A DNA stretch of 64,000 nt from an uncultured Melioribacter sp. (lineage in GTDB: Bacteria > Bacteroidota > Ignavibacteria > Kapaibacteriales > Kapaibacteriaceae). How positions within the stretch are numbered: position 1 is the stretch's first letter; each line of letters begins with the position of its first letter. The stretch covers positions 28,170 to 92,169 of the forward strand of contig CAZAGH010000004.1 of the NCBI GenBank assembly GCA_964484755.1, written 5' to 3'. Below the pieces are notes generated by a model. That model was not told the origin of the DNA. It saw nothing but the letters and a program-made list of their open reading frames with translations, and did no database searches. The position numbers and the translations under genes are program-made. Below, in pieces: positions 27,228 to 37,805 of this stretch.

Positions 27228-28625
27228 ATGCATTCACCAGCACCATATACCCCAACAACGAAGGTTCGCGTTGTTACAGCTGCATCGTTGTTCGATGGAC
27301 ACGACGCAGCGATCAACGTGATGCGTCGCATTATCCAGGCCACAGGCTGCGAGGTCATTCACCTCGGACACAACAGATCTGTGCGCGAGGTTGTCGAGTG
27401 TGCGATCCAAGAGGACGCGCAGGCCATCGCCATGACATCCTACCAGGGCGGGCATGTGGAATACCTAACCTACATGCGACAGCTACTTGATGAGCGAGGC
27501 GCGCAGCACATCCGAATCTTCGCCGGTGGCGGTGGTACGATCCTGCCATCAGAGATCGACGAACTCCATGCAAATGGCATCACCCGTGTGTATTCACCGG
27601 ATGATGGCAGGGCAATGGGGCTGCAGGGGATGATCAACGACCTCGTACAGAAGAGCGACTTCATCTCGCCGGTTGCAGAGCCGTCATCATTGGCGACACG
27701 TGTTCGCGAAAAAGACCCTATGGCTATTGCCCAGGCCATCTCCTGCGCTGAGCGTGGTGAACACGGCGCGATAACATTTGCCGATGATGCTCGCAGGTCT
27801 CCGGTTCTTGGCATCACAGGCACTGGAGGCGCAGGCAAGTCATCGCTTACCGATGAATTGGTTCGCCGCTTTCTTCTTGACCACCCAGACAAGACAATCG
27901 CGGTTGTTAGTGTTGATCCATCGAAGCGTAAGACGGGTGGCGCCCTCCTCGGAGACCGCATCCGTATGAACGCTGTCAGCGATCGCAGAGTTTACATGCG
28001 CTCCTTTGCAACACGCGAGGCAAACGTTGCCCTTAATCCGCACGTACGGGATGCGATCAAGATCCTTTCGTATGCGCAGTATGATCTGATCATCGTCGAG
28101 ACAGCAGGTATTGGACAGAGCGACTCGCAGATCACAGAACTAGCTGATGTTGCCATGTATGTCATGACGCCTGAGTTTGGTGCCGCAACTCAGCTTGAGA
28201 AGATCGACATGATCGACTATGCAGATATCATTGCGTTGAACAAGTTCGATAAGCGTGGCGCATTGGATGCGCTACGCGATGTACGCAAACAATATCAACG
28301 CAGTCGACAGTTATTCTCGCGTTCGCTCGATGAGATGCCCGTCTACGGCACGATAGCGTCGCAGTTCAACGATCCCGGTGCGAACACGCTATATCGTGCA
28401 GTGAACGACCTGTTGGTGGAGAAGTGTTCGCTCTCATGGGAGTCATCCTATATGGTAACCGACGAAATGAGTGAGAAGATCTACATCATCCCACCAGACA
28501 GAACCCGCTACCTTGCAGAGATCGTCGAGAGTAATCGTCGCTACGATGCTTTCGTTGATGAACAATCAAACATCGCACGGTCGTTGTGGCAGGTTCGCGA
28601 AGCCATTGAGCAACTAAAGCAGTGA
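27228..28625 (+). CDS. IcmF N-terminal half: B12-binding domain fused to a MeaB-like G-protein chaperone
   Basis: ORF 27204..28625. '[40 protein letters not shown]' and '[13 protein letters not shown]' form the B12-binding domain of fused isobutyryl-CoA mutase. The GTPase has P-loop '[17 protein letters not shown]', 'ETAGIGQSD' and 'NKFD'. ATG at 27228 is preferred to TTG at 27204. Confidence 0.9.
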   Translation: MHSPAPYTPTTKVRVVTAASLFDGHDAAINVMRRIIQATGCEVIHLGHNRSVREVVECAIQEDAQAIAMTSYQGGHVEYLTYMRQLLDERGAQHIRIFAGGGGTILPSEIDELHANGITRVYSPDDGRAMGLQGMINDLVQKSDFISPVAEPSSLATRVREKDPMAIAQAISCAERGEHGAITFADDARRSPVLGITGTGGAGKSSLTDELVRRFLLDHPDKTIAVVSVDPSKRKTGGALLGDRIRMNAVSDRRVYMRSFATREANVALNPHVRDAIKILSYAQYDLIIVETAGIGQSDSQITELADVAMYVMTPEFGAATQLEKIDMIDYADIIALNKFDKRGALDALRDVRKQYQRSRQLFSRSLDEMPVYGTIASQFNDPGANTLYRAVNDLLVEKCSLSWESSYMVTDEMSEKIYIIPPDRTRYLAEIVESNRRYDAFVDEQSNIARSLWQVREAIEQLKQ

Positions 28626-29968
28626 AAGCATTTTCAATCATACTTCTGCTGACTCTTGCAACAGCTCTTGTTGGCTGCGGCAGCAGTGATGCGGTTGCCC
28701 CTGATGCATCCAAAGCAACCATCCGATTTTATAACGGAAACACCGCCAGCGTTCGCGCAGAACTCAACAACAACGAACTTGTTGGTGTGCTGCTGGCCGG
28801 AGCGGTGAGCTCACGTGTCGATGTTGATCCAACAACAGACAGCGCGCTGTTTCGAGTGTTTGATGGTGCAACCAACGCGATTGTGGCTCAGCGAAGGGCT
28901 GCGATAGGCCCCCTGCCATACAGCCTTGTGCTATTTCCTGCTACCTCGGTGTTTGGTTGTGTTCGACGTCCAGAAGAATGCATTCTGCATGAAGATGCCT
29001 CACCACCTCCAGCTGGACGCGCCCGTATACGTGTGATCAATGCAACGACAGATGGCACGGAGTTTTCGTTGAAGATCGACGGTATGGAGGTACTGAAGAA
29101 TCAAGAGCTTGGTATTTGTGCGATATCGAACGTCGTAGATATCGAGGCCGGCGACCACGAAGTAACTCTCGTGCGTACGACCAACGAACAATATGCTGCA
29201 GCATATCGGATGGTTACGCTAAAGGCTGGTGTTTCCTATACATTGATGCTTTCGGGCTCCCTCTCCTTTGAAGATCGTTATGCGTTTCGTGCCCGCTTGT
29301 TTGCCGATGTCGTTGGAACGTCAGACGACGTAGATCTGTACATCCCACCGGATGTTGGGAAGTACCAGATCGTGAATGCCGTTGCTGGTTTGAAGGCGTT
29401 TGAGGTCAAGCTCGACGGTGTCGTGCGTCCTGAAACAGCAAAGGTACCGTTTGCGGAAAGCACCGGATATGTTGATCTCGAGATCGGAACACACACCACG
29501 GGTGTATTCGTCAATGGTACACCGCTCATCCAAGAAACACGAACAACGACCACGTTGCGCTCGCGCAAAACATTGTTTGTTACCGGTTCGATGGTTCCAC
29601 CGAATCTTGCTGGCATTGAAGTGGCAGATCTTGTTCAGCCCCTTTCATCAAACACCGCTACCGTGCGATTGATGAATCTCTCACCTGATGCCCCAGCGCT
29701 GGACTTCTACCGTGTCGCAAATGGGGTTGAAACCGTTATCGATGGTAGCGCGATGATGGAGTTCCGTCAGACAACGAAGACGGCAAATGGTGCAATGCAG
29801 TTCACAGAACTACCTGCCGGACGCGTGACGATTCTTGCCAAGAAAGCCAATACCTCTGTGGTGGTTCTACCTCCAACACAGGTGACACTTGTACCAGGAG
29901 AAATCTCAACGCTTTGGTTAGGGGGCTTGAGTGCCGCCGCACAACTTTACCATGTGAAACACAACTAG
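28622..29968 (+). CDS. DUF4397-repeat lipoprotein
   Basis: 448 aa. The GTG start overlaps the upstream stop (GTGA). Lipobox 'LATALVGC'. Four repeats of the DUF4397 pattern: 'ATIRFYNGN', '[21 protein letters not shown]', '[21 protein letters not shown]', '[18 protein letters not shown]'. Confidence 0.75.
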   Translation: MKAFSIILLLTLATALVGCGSSDAVAPDASKATIRFYNGNTASVRAELNNNELVGVLLAGAVSSRVDVDPTTDSALFRVFDGATNAIVAQRRAAIGPLPYSLVLFPATSVFGCVRRPEECILHEDASPPPAGRARIRVINATTDGTEFSLKIDGMEVLKNQELGICAISNVVDIEAGDHEVTLVRTTNEQYAAAYRMVTLKAGVSYTLMLSGSLSFEDRYAFRARLFADVVGTSDDVDLYIPPDVGKYQIVNAVAGLKAFEVKLDGVVRPETAKVPFAESTGYVDLEIGTHTTGVFVNGTPLIQETRTTTTLRSRKTLFVTGSMVPPNLAGIEVADLVQPLSSNTATVRLMNLSPDAPALDFYRVANGVETVIDGSAMMEFRQTTKTANGAMQFTELPAGRVTILAKKANTSVVVLPPTQVTLVPGEISTLWLGGLSAAAQLYHVKHN

Positions 29969-29975
29969 CAGACCA

Positions 29976-31967
29976 ATGACAACAGAGCAGACACAGACAG
30001 AAGTAGCGATCGCCGCCTTGGAGCAGCGCGCAGCTGAGCTCGAAGCAAAACTTCACCACGAAGTTCGTTCGTTGCTCGCCTCGTGGGAAGCAAAAAAGGC
30101 CGCCTACCAGGGTGAGCACTATACCTACGTGGTTCGTGGTAAAGAGATCAAAGTCAAGAATCACACCGAATCTCTAGCACACACACGTGTTCCGAAGATC
30201 GCCCTACCAAAGTTCAAAGACTGGGGAGAGATCGTCCGCTGGTGTATGCAGGAGAATGTGCCGGGCGAGTTTCCCTACACGGCCGGTGTATATCCATTCA
30301 AGCGAACCAATGAAGATCCAACACGCATGTTTGCTGGCGAGGGTGGACCCGAGCGCACGAACAAGAGGTTTCACTACTTGTCGCTTGGCATGCCGGCAGC
30401 ACGTTTGTCTACGGCCTTCGATAGCGTTACGCTCTATGGAGAAGATCCTGATTACCGCCCAGATATTTACGGCAAGATTGGTAACTCGGGCGTAAGCATT
30501 GCATCGCTCGATGATGCAAAGAAACTCTATTCCGGCTTCGATCTCTGCGCACCAACGACATCGGTATCGATGACGATCAATGGTCCAGCACCAATGCTCC
30601 TTGCATTCTTCATGAATGCCGCCATAGATCAGGAGTGCGAAAAAGTGATCCGTGAGCGCGGACTCGAACAAGAGGTTTCTGCTAAGATCGACGAGATCTA
30701 TGCTGCGAAGGGGCTTACTCGTCCCGTGTATCGTCATGGCGATGGCTCTACAGACCTACCAGAGGGCAATACTGGCCTAGGCCTCAAGCTGCTTGGTGTA
30801 ACGGGCGATCAAGTGCTCGATGCTGAGACCTACAACGCGTGTAAGCAACGTGCGCTGCAGAATGTTCGTGGAACCGTTCAGGCCGACATTCTCAAGGAAG
30901 ACCAGGCGCAGAACACCTGCATCTTTTCGACAGAGTTTGCCCTCCGCATGATGGGCGATGTTCAGAAGTACTTCATCGATGAAAGGGTTCGGAACTTCTA
31001 TTCGGTTTCGATCTCTGGCTATCATATCGCCGAGGCAGGTGCTAACCCGATCACACAGCTTGCATTCACGCTATCCAACGGATTTACCTACGTTGAGTAT
31101 TACCTCTCCCGTGGAATGCACATCGATGACTTTGCACCGAACCTTTCGTTCTTCTTCTCAAATGGCGTAGACCCAGAATACAGCGTGATCGGGCGCGTAG
31201 CACGGAAGATCTGGGCCAAGGCCATGAAGCACAAGTACGGTGGCAATGAGCGTTCTCAGATGTTGAAGTATCACATCCAAACATCAGGACGTTCACTGCA
31301 TGCTCAGGAGATCGACTTCAACGATATCCGTACGTCGCTGCAAGCTCTCTATGCCATCTACGATAATTGCAACTCGCTGCATACAAACGCGTATGATGAG
31401 GCGATCACAACACCAACAGAAGAGAGCGTACGTAGGGCGGTGGCCATCCAGCTCATCATCAATCGTGAGCTCGGACTTGCCAAGAATGAGAATCCAATCC
31501 AAGGCTCATTCATCATTGAAGAACTCACCGACCTTGTCGAAGAAGCAGTGTACATGGAGTTTCGACGCATCACAGATCGCGGTGGCGTGCTCGGTGCAAT
31601 GGAGAACATGTACCAACGCAACAAGATCCAAGAAGAGTCGCTTTACTACGAGACACTCAAGCATACAGGTGAGTATCCAATCGTTGGCGTTAATACCTTC
31701 CTGAGCTCAAAGGGAAGTCCGACCGTGATCCCAGCAGAGGTCATCCGTTCCACAACGGATGAAAAGGAACAGCAGATCAACAATGTGCGCGCTGTGCAAA
31801 CACGTAGTGGCGAGGCCACGACGCACGCTCTGAATACGTTGCGTCAGACGGCAATCCAGAATGGCAACATCTTCGAAGCGCTGATGGAAGCTGCTAAGGT
31901 GTGCTCGCTCGGACAGATGACGAATGCGCTGTATGAAGTAGGTGGACAGTATCGTCGGAACATGTAG
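29976..31967 (+). CDS. IcmF C-terminal half: acyl-CoA mutase substrate-binding (TIM-barrel) domain
   Basis: 663 aa. '[42 protein letters not shown]', '[17 protein letters not shown]' and '[27 protein letters not shown]' are typical of isobutyryl/methylmalonyl-CoA mutase large domains. Confidence 0.9.
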   Translation: MTTEQTQTEVAIAALEQRAAELEAKLHHEVRSLLASWEAKKAAYQGEHYTYVVRGKEIKVKNHTESLAHTRVPKIALPKFKDWGEIVRWCMQENVPGEFPYTAGVYPFKRTNEDPTRMFAGEGGPERTNKRFHYLSLGMPAARLSTAFDSVTLYGEDPDYRPDIYGKIGNSGVSIASLDDAKKLYSGFDLCAPTTSVSMTINGPAPMLLAFFMNAAIDQECEKVIRERGLEQEVSAKIDEIYAAKGLTRPVYRHGDGSTDLPEGNTGLGLKLLGVTGDQVLDAETYNACKQRALQNVRGTVQADILKEDQAQNTCIFSTEFALRMMGDVQKYFIDERVRNFYSVSISGYHIAEAGANPITQLAFTLSNGFTYVEYYLSRGMHIDDFAPNLSFFFSNGVDPEYSVIGRVARKIWAKAMKHKYGGNERSQMLKYHIQTSGRSLHAQEIDFNDIRTSLQALYAIYDNCNSLHTNAYDEAITTPTEESVRRAVAIQLIINRELGLAKNENPIQGSFIIEELTDLVEEAVYMEFRRITDRGGVLGAMENMYQRNKIQEESLYYETLKHTGEYPIVGVNTFLSSKGSPTVIPAEVIRSTTDEKEQQINNVRAVQTRSGEATTHALNTLRQTAIQNGNIFEALMEAAKVCSLGQMTNALYEVGGQYRRNM

Positions 31968-31978
31968 GCAAGGGGCTT

Positions 31979-32917
31979 GTGGTAACACTCGAACACATAC
32001 GCCAAGCGCACGAGCGCATACGTCCGTATGTGCATCAGACCCCTGTTCTGACGTCTCAGGCCATCAACAGCATGGTGGATGCTGACCTCCACTTCAAGTG
32101 TGAGAATCTTCAGAAAGTTGGTGCATTCAAAGCTCGTGGGGCGATGAACGCAGTTCTTCTTCTCGACGATGACATGGCGAACCGAGGTGTGGTTACCCAT
32201 TCAAGCGGAAATCATGCCCAAGCGTTGGCCTATGCTGCTAGGCTTCGCAACATTCCCTGTACGATCGTGATGCCAAACAACGCTCCGGCTGTCAAGCAGG
32301 ATGCCGTACGTGAGTATGGTGCCCAAGTCGTGTTGTGTGAGCCCACCCTTGCATCGCGCCTAGCAACCATGGAGCAGATCGTTGAGACAACAGGCGCACA
32401 CCCCGTTCCTCCGTACAACGACGAGCGTGTGATCGCTGGACAAGGAACACTGGCCCTTGAGCTGCTTGCGCAAGTCCCAACCGTAGAGGTCGTCATGGCC
32501 CCTGTTGGCGGTGGTGGATTGATGAGCGGTATCGCAACAGCAGTGCGTGGTGTGCGACCAGATACACGCATCATTGGCGCCGAGCCAGAGATTGCAGCAG
32601 ACGCATTGGAGTCAATGCAGACCGGCGTGCTCCAGCCCCCTGCCAATACCCTTACCATAGCAGACGGACTCCGTACGGGCTTGGGCGACATAACATTTGC
32701 ACATCTTCGCGCTGCCGATGTGGAGATCCTGACGGCATCGGAAGAAGCGATTCGCGAGGCAACCTACCGCATAATGGAGCGACTCAAGGTGGTGATCGAA
32801 CCCAGTGCCGCCGTAACGCTCGCCGTCCTGCTTGAACACCCCGGTATTGTGCGGGGTCGCACGGTTGCAGTTGTGTTATGCGGTGGAAACATCGATATAC
32901 GTCGATTGGCTATCTAA
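31979..32917 (+). CDS. PLP-dependent serine/threonine dehydratase family enzyme (no ACT regulatory domain)
   Basis: 312 aa with a GTG start. PLP-lysine block 'KCENLQKVGAFKARGA', 'SSGNHAQALAYAA', and glycine loop 'APVGGGGLMSG'. Confidence 0.85.
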   Translation: MVTLEHIRQAHERIRPYVHQTPVLTSQAINSMVDADLHFKCENLQKVGAFKARGAMNAVLLLDDDMANRGVVTHSSGNHAQALAYAARLRNIPCTIVMPNNAPAVKQDAVREYGAQVVLCEPTLASRLATMEQIVETTGAHPVPPYNDERVIAGQGTLALELLAQVPTVEVVMAPVGGGGLMSGIATAVRGVRPDTRIIGAEPEIAADALESMQTGVLQPPANTLTIADGLRTGLGDITFAHLRAADVEILTASEEAIREATYRIMERLKVVIEPSAAVTLAVLLEHPGIVRGRTVAVVLCGGNIDIRRLAI

Positions 32918-32980
32918 TTCGCCCTTCAACAGGCCGATTTTCCGTAGTTTTGACGTCCTTTGGACACGTACGGACACTTC

Positions 32981-34438
32981 ATGCACTCGGGCTACGAAGC
33001 AATCATTGGATTAGAGGTACACGCGCAGCTTACAACTGCGTCGAAGGCCTTTTGTTCCTGCCCCACTGAATACGGCGCCCAACCCAACGTGAACGTCTGC
33101 CCCATCTGTTTGGGGCATCCTGGTACACTTCCGGTGTTGAACGAGAATCTCGTTCGATTTGCCGTGAAAATGGGCCTTGCAACAAATTGCAGCATACGTG
33201 AACGCTCTACGTTTTCGCGGAAGAACTACTATTACCCTGACCTTCCAAAGGGCTACCAGATCACCCAGTTTGCAGACCCGATCTGTTACAAGGGGCATGT
33301 GGAGATTGAGACAGACGACGGGGTAAAGAGAATCGGAATCACGCGCATTCACATGGAAGAGGATTCTGGGAAGAGCATCCACGACCTTGATATCGACACC
33401 CTCGTGGATCTCAACCGTGCCGGCGTTCCCTTGATTGAGATCGTGAGTGAGCCGGACATCCGAACACCTCAAGAAGCCTATCTCTACCTTCAGCAGATGC
33501 GCCAGATACTGGTATATCTGGGGATATGCGACGGAAATCTTGAAGAAGGTAGCATGCGCTGCGACGCTAACATTTCTGTGCGTCCAGTTGGTCAGACCGC
33601 CTTTGGAACAAAACGAGAAGTGAAGAACCTTAACTCGTTCCGCAACGTCGAGAAGGCAATCGAATACGAGATCAACTCCCAGATTTCCACCTTAGAGTCG
33701 GGCGGAAGTATCACACAGCAAACGCTGATGTGGGACGCTGGAAACGGTCAGACCAAGGTAATGCGGTCAAAGGAACAGGCCCACGACTACCGCTACTTCC
33801 CGGAGCCAGACTTGGGGCCTGTTGTGGTATCGCAAGACTGGATGGAAGAGCTTCGCAATGAACTTCCCGAGCTCGCGCTCGATAAGAAGCGTCGGTTCAT
33901 CGCAGAGTACGGCCTACCCGCCTATGACGCCGCCATTCTGGTAGATGAAGCTTCTGTTGCATCATTCTACGAATCTGCTTGTACAGCCCTGAAGGCACCC
34001 TCCCAAGAGACTTGGAAGCTTGTAAGTAACTGGATTATGACAGAGTTACTGCGCATAAGGGGCGAGAAGAAGTGTGACATCAGTGAGGTTGGCATCTCCC
34101 CAGAGCAACTCGCATCATTAGTTGACGTGATTGCCGACGGAACGATCAGTAGTAAGACAGCAAAGGAGCTCTTTCCAGATATGCTCGGCAGCAATAAGCT
34201 TGCTGTCGAGTTCATCGAGGAACGGGGCTTGCGTCAGGTCTCTGATGTCTCAGTTCTGAAGGCCATGGTCGACGACGTGATTCGGGCTAATCCAGACAAC
34301 CTCAAAAAGTACCGCGACGGCAAAACGAACCTCCTAGGGTTCTTTGTTGGACAGGTTCTGAAGGCATCGGGGGGGTCGGCAAATCCATCCATCGTGACCG
34401 AGCTAATGAAGGAATCACTCGATGCAGTCGAGCTATAA
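32981..34438 (+). CDS. gatB: Asp-tRNA(Asn)/Glu-tRNA(Gln) amidotransferase subunit B
   Basis: ORF 32960..34438. 'YEAIIGLEVHAQL', 'CPICLGHPGTLPVLN', 'TRIHMEEDSGKS', 'RCDANISVR', and C-terminal YqeY-like 'GFFVGQVLKASGGSANP'. ATG at 32981 is preferred to TTG at 32960. Confidence 0.95.
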   Translation: MHSGYEAIIGLEVHAQLTTASKAFCSCPTEYGAQPNVNVCPICLGHPGTLPVLNENLVRFAVKMGLATNCSIRERSTFSRKNYYYPDLPKGYQITQFADPICYKGHVEIETDDGVKRIGITRIHMEEDSGKSIHDLDIDTLVDLNRAGVPLIEIVSEPDIRTPQEAYLYLQQMRQILVYLGICDGNLEEGSMRCDANISVRPVGQTAFGTKREVKNLNSFRNVEKAIEYEINSQISTLESGGSITQQTLMWDAGNGQTKVMRSKEQAHDYRYFPEPDLGPVVVSQDWMEELRNELPELALDKKRRFIAEYGLPAYDAAILVDEASVASFYESACTALKAPSQETWKLVSNWIMTELLRIRGEKKCDISEVGISPEQLASLVDVIADGTISSKTAKELFPDMLGSNKLAVEFIEERGLRQVSDVSVLKAMVDDVIRANPDNLKKYRDGKTNLLGFFVGQVLKASGGSANPSIVTELMKESLDAVEL

Positions 34439-34462
34439 TCAACGAATCAAGCGAGGTGCGTG

Positions 34463-35392
34463 ATGCCGATCACACCTACTAAGACCATCTGGAAGAACGG
34501 AACCTTTATCCCGTTCGAGAAGGCTACGATACACGTGCTCTCGCACGTTGTGCATTACGGCTCATCGTGGTTTGAGGGTATACGTTGTTACGATACAGAT
34601 CAAGGTCCAGCCATTTTTCGTCTGCATGAGCACATGCGCAGGCTGCATCACTCACTCAAGGTGTACCGGTCACAGCTTCCGTTCTCAGTTGATGAACTCT
34701 CCGAGGCGGCCGTAGACCTTGTAAAGCGCAACAAGCTAGGCCGTTGCTACATACGTCCGTTCGCCCTTCGCGGCTTTGGCGACATGGGAGTCTACGGACT
34801 TAGGTGTCCACTAGACGTATACATCGCCGCTTGGGAGTGGGGCGCTTACCTCGGTGACGATGCCGCTTCCAACGGTGTAGACGTCTGCGTCTCATCATGG
34901 GATCGCATAACGCCCAATGCCATGCCATCGCTTGCAAAGGCTGGCGGTAACTACATGAATTCACAGCTTGTGAAGATGGAGGCCGTTGAGAATGGATACG
35001 CCGAAGGCATCTGCCTAGACTCATACGGCAATGTGGCTGAGGGCTCCGGCGAGAACGTCTTTATTGTGATCGATAATGAACTCATCACGCCCCCTGCAGC
35101 AACCTCATTGTTGCCCGGCATCACGCGTGACACCGTGATTACTCTTGCGCAGGAGCTTGGCATCACGATTCGTGAACAAAACATCCCTCGTGCGATGTTG
35201 TACGTGGCTGATGAGATGTTTCTGACGGGAACTGCGAGTGAGATCGCCCCGGTTACGTCAGTTGATCGAATTGCAGTAGGTCGTGGAAAGGTCGGACCGA
35301 TGACGCGTGCGCTGCAGCAGGCATTCCACAACATCACCGTTGCCGGTGAGGATCCATACGGGTGGCTAACCTTCATCAAGAAGAGCCGATAA
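34463..35392 (+). CDS. ilvE: branched-chain-amino-acid aminotransferase
   Basis: About 309 aa. 'IWKNGTFIPFEKATIHVLSHVVHYGSSWFEGIRCY', 'KAGGNYMNSQL', 'GENVFIV', 'LPGITRDTVI', 'MFLTGTASEIAPV'. Confidence 0.93.
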   Translation: MPITPTKTIWKNGTFIPFEKATIHVLSHVVHYGSSWFEGIRCYDTDQGPAIFRLHEHMRRLHHSLKVYRSQLPFSVDELSEAAVDLVKRNKLGRCYIRPFALRGFGDMGVYGLRCPLDVYIAAWEWGAYLGDDAASNGVDVCVSSWDRITPNAMPSLAKAGGNYMNSQLVKMEAVENGYAEGICLDSYGNVAEGSGENVFIVIDNELITPPAATSLLPGITRDTVITLAQELGITIREQNIPRAMLYVADEMFLTGTASEIAPVTSVDRIAVGRGKVGPMTRALQQAFHNITVAGEDPYGWLTFIKKSR

Positions 35393-35428
35393 CAACGAAA
35401 TAACAATCGACGAAATCAGGAGAACACC

Positions 35429-37558
35429 ATGGCGAAGGCCAAGGCAAAAACACCACCAGCAAAGAAGTCCACACCAGCAAAAGCTCCGGCAAAGAATGCA
35501 CCTGCGGCACCACCGGTAGAGCTCTTCAACCTCAAGGGTATCAAGCCCGAGGTTCTGCTTGAGTGGTACAAGACCCAACATCTTGGGCGCAGGCTTGACG
35601 AAAAGGCTGCCAACTACCTTAAGATGGCCAAGGGCTGGTCGTATCATGCCCCGTTTGCCGGACACGACGGTATTCAGCTGGCGCTAGGGAAGGTGTTCCG
35701 TCCGGGTAAGGACTTCCTCTTCCCCTACTACCGCGACATGCTCACATCGCTGGCCGCTGGTGTAACAGTTGAGGAGATCATTGCTAATGGTCTTTCGAAG
35801 GATGCCGATGTAGCCGGTGGTGGACGCCACATGAGCAACCACTTCGCCAAGATCTCGATCAATCTCCAGAACTCATCTTCCTGTACAGGAAATCACTCAC
35901 AACAGGCTGTGGGTACGGCCCGTTCGATCAAGAAGTTCAAGGGTGATGAGGTGGTGTTCTGTTCAACAGGTGACAGCACAACATCCGAAGGATACTACTA
36001 CGAATCCGTCAATGGCGCAGACCGTGAGAAGCTTCCTGTTGTTTTTGTGATTCAAAACAACAAGTACGGCATCTCCGTACCACTTCATGAGCAGACAGCC
36101 AACCCCGTGGTTGCAGAGAACTTTAGCGGCTTTACAAACCTGAAGATCTTCTACTGCGACGGCCGTGATCCGGTTGACTCATACAAGACCATGGTCGCTG
36201 CCCGCGACTATGCCGCCAGCGGCAAGGGGCCAGCAATGGTCCACGCAGATTGCGATCGCATCGGATCGCACTCTAACTCGGACAACCACGAGCTGTATCG
36301 CACGAAAGAAGACATCGACGCGATGAAGCAGCGCGACCCGCTTCCGCGGATGCGTGCATCGCTGATCGCTGCCGGTATAGCAACAGACGCCGAGTTAACG
36401 GCCATGGAAGAAGCAAACAAGCAGGCCATTTTTGCTGCTGCAGATGCTGTAGAGCCCCTTCCAGATCCAGATCCAGCGTCGTACGTTGAATATCTGCTCC
36501 CTGAGGCAGTCGTTGGCTACAACGATGATTCGGAAGCTCGCGTAACACCGGCTCCAGACGCACCGATCGTGACGTTCCGCGAAGGAATTGTTAATGCCAT
36601 GCACGAGGAGTTCCGTCGTAACCCGAGCACATTTCTGTTTGGACAAGACGTTGCCTCGCACAAGAAGCAGGGCATTTTTAACGTTTGTAAAGGCATGCTT
36701 GACGAGTTCGGTAACGAACGCGTGTTCAATGCACCGATTGCTGAGGACTTCATCGTTGGTACGGCCAATGGTATGACGCGCTACCGTGATGATATCCGCG
36801 TGGTTGTCGAAGGAGCGGAGTTTGCCGACTACTTCTGGCCGGCCATGGAGCAGCTCATCGAGTGTACGCATGATTACTGGCGTACGCGTGGACAGTTTTC
36901 ACCGGCCGTTGTAATCCGTCTTGCGTCGGGTGGATACATCCAGGGTGGATTGTACCATTCGCAGAACTTGGAAGGTACATTCACAACCCTACCAGGCCTC
37001 CGTGTGGTTTGTCCGGCATTTGCCGATGACGCAGTTGGCCTAATGCGCAACGCTATTCGGTCGCGCGGCACCACAATGTATCTCGAACCAAAATTCCTCT
37101 ACAACTACCGTCCAACATCTGCCCCTATGCCGGCAGAAGACTTCATTATCCCGTTTGGCAAGGCAAAGATTCGCAGGGCTGGTAGCAGTCTTACCATCGT
37201 AAGCTATGGCACAGCCGTGCATTGGAGTCTGCAAGCTGCTGAACAACTTTCAGCAGAAGGAATTGACGTAGAAGTGATCGACTTGCGTTCGCTCGCCCCT
37301 TGGGACAAAGACATGGTCTTTGAAAGCGTCAAGCGAACCGGACGTTGTGTTGTGGCCCATGAAGACAAAAAGACTGGCGGTTTTGGTGGTGAGATTGCTT
37401 CTTCGATCAGCGAGGAACTCTTCCGCTATCTTGACGCACCTGTGGCCCGCATCGGATCCAAGGACACGCCTGTTGGCTTTGCGAAGAGCCTTGAACAAGC
37501 GATCCTTCTCAATGTGAATGATATTGTTTCGGCGGTTCGTACGACGATGTCGTTCTAA
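35429..37558 (+). CDS. fused E1 alpha/beta 2-oxoacid (branched-chain type) dehydrogenase, TPP-dependent, with a K/A/P-rich N-terminal tail
   Basis: 709 aa. AGGAGA lies 5 nt upstream of the ATG. Tail: 'MAKAKAKTPPAKKSTPAKAPAKNAPAAPP'. Alpha part TPP motif: 'GDSTTSEGYYYESVNGADREKLPVVFVIQNNKYGIS'. Beta part: 'NERVFNAPIAEDFIVGTANGM' and 'VIDLRSLAPWD'. Confidence 0.88.
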   Translation: MAKAKAKTPPAKKSTPAKAPAKNAPAAPPVELFNLKGIKPEVLLEWYKTQHLGRRLDEKAANYLKMAKGWSYHAPFAGHDGIQLALGKVFRPGKDFLFPYYRDMLTSLAAGVTVEEIIANGLSKDADVAGGGRHMSNHFAKISINLQNSSSCTGNHSQQAVGTARSIKKFKGDEVVFCSTGDSTTSEGYYYESVNGADREKLPVVFVIQNNKYGISVPLHEQTANPVVAENFSGFTNLKIFYCDGRDPVDSYKTMVAARDYAASGKGPAMVHADCDRIGSHSNSDNHELYRTKEDIDAMKQRDPLPRMRASLIAAGIATDAELTAMEEANKQAIFAAADAVEPLPDPDPASYVEYLLPEAVVGYNDDSEARVTPAPDAPIVTFREGIVNAMHEEFRRNPSTFLFGQDVASHKKQGIFNVCKGMLDEFGNERVFNAPIAEDFIVGTANGMTRYRDDIRVVVEGAEFADYFWPAMEQLIECTHDYWRTRGQFSPAVVIRLASGGYIQGGLYHSQNLEGTFTTLPGLRVVCPAFADDAVGLMRNAIRSRGTTMYLEPKFLYNYRPTSAPMPAEDFIIPFGKAKIRRAGSSLTIVSYGTAVHWSLQAAEQLSAEGIDVEVIDLRSLAPWDKDMVFESVKRTGRCVVAHEDKKTGGFGGEIASSISEELFRYLDAPVARIGSKDTPVGFAKSLEQAILLNVNDIVSAVRTTMSF

Positions 37559-37577
37559 GTATGTGAATAACACATAC
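37559..37577 (+). terminator. hairpin GTATGTG-AATAA-CACATAC immediately after the E1 stop (weak intrinsic terminator candidate)
   Basis: A 7-bp stem with a 5-nt loop, starting 1 nt after the TAA (37556-37558) and followed by GTTT. The T-tract is poor. Confidence 0.35.
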
Positions 37578-37805
37578 GTTTAGGGTGTGGATATCGTCTG
37601 TAACCCTAATTATTGAGAAAAGGTTACCACATATTTCGGTGTTCATATTTCCCTTTGGTGGGAATTCACCGATAACCTATATTTGCGAGTCTATCTCACT
37701 CCGCGGAGTGCGTACCGACGTGTGTACGCATGTTTGCGAGGAATGGACAGCATTGCTTTTTGGTCGTGGAACAGATCCAAGGCCAGTACAGAATTTGAGG
37801 AGTGC

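Noticed and set aside
27177-27233. Overlap of the beta-CASP hydrolase ORF (to 27233) with the divergent IcmF N-terminal gene (from 27204).
   Set aside because: A head-to-head coding overlap is unlikely. An SD-supported GTG at 27176 and an ATG at 27228 remove the overlap. Both starts remain uncertain.
35429-35520. The possibility that the K/A/P-rich start of the E1 gene is a mis-called 5' extension.
   Set aside because: I keep it as coding. The ATG has the best SD in the region (AGGAGA, 5 nt spacing). The frame is open and continuous with the E1 alpha domain. The mirrored antisense ORFs (35366-35665, 35416-35613) are just low-complexity reflections.
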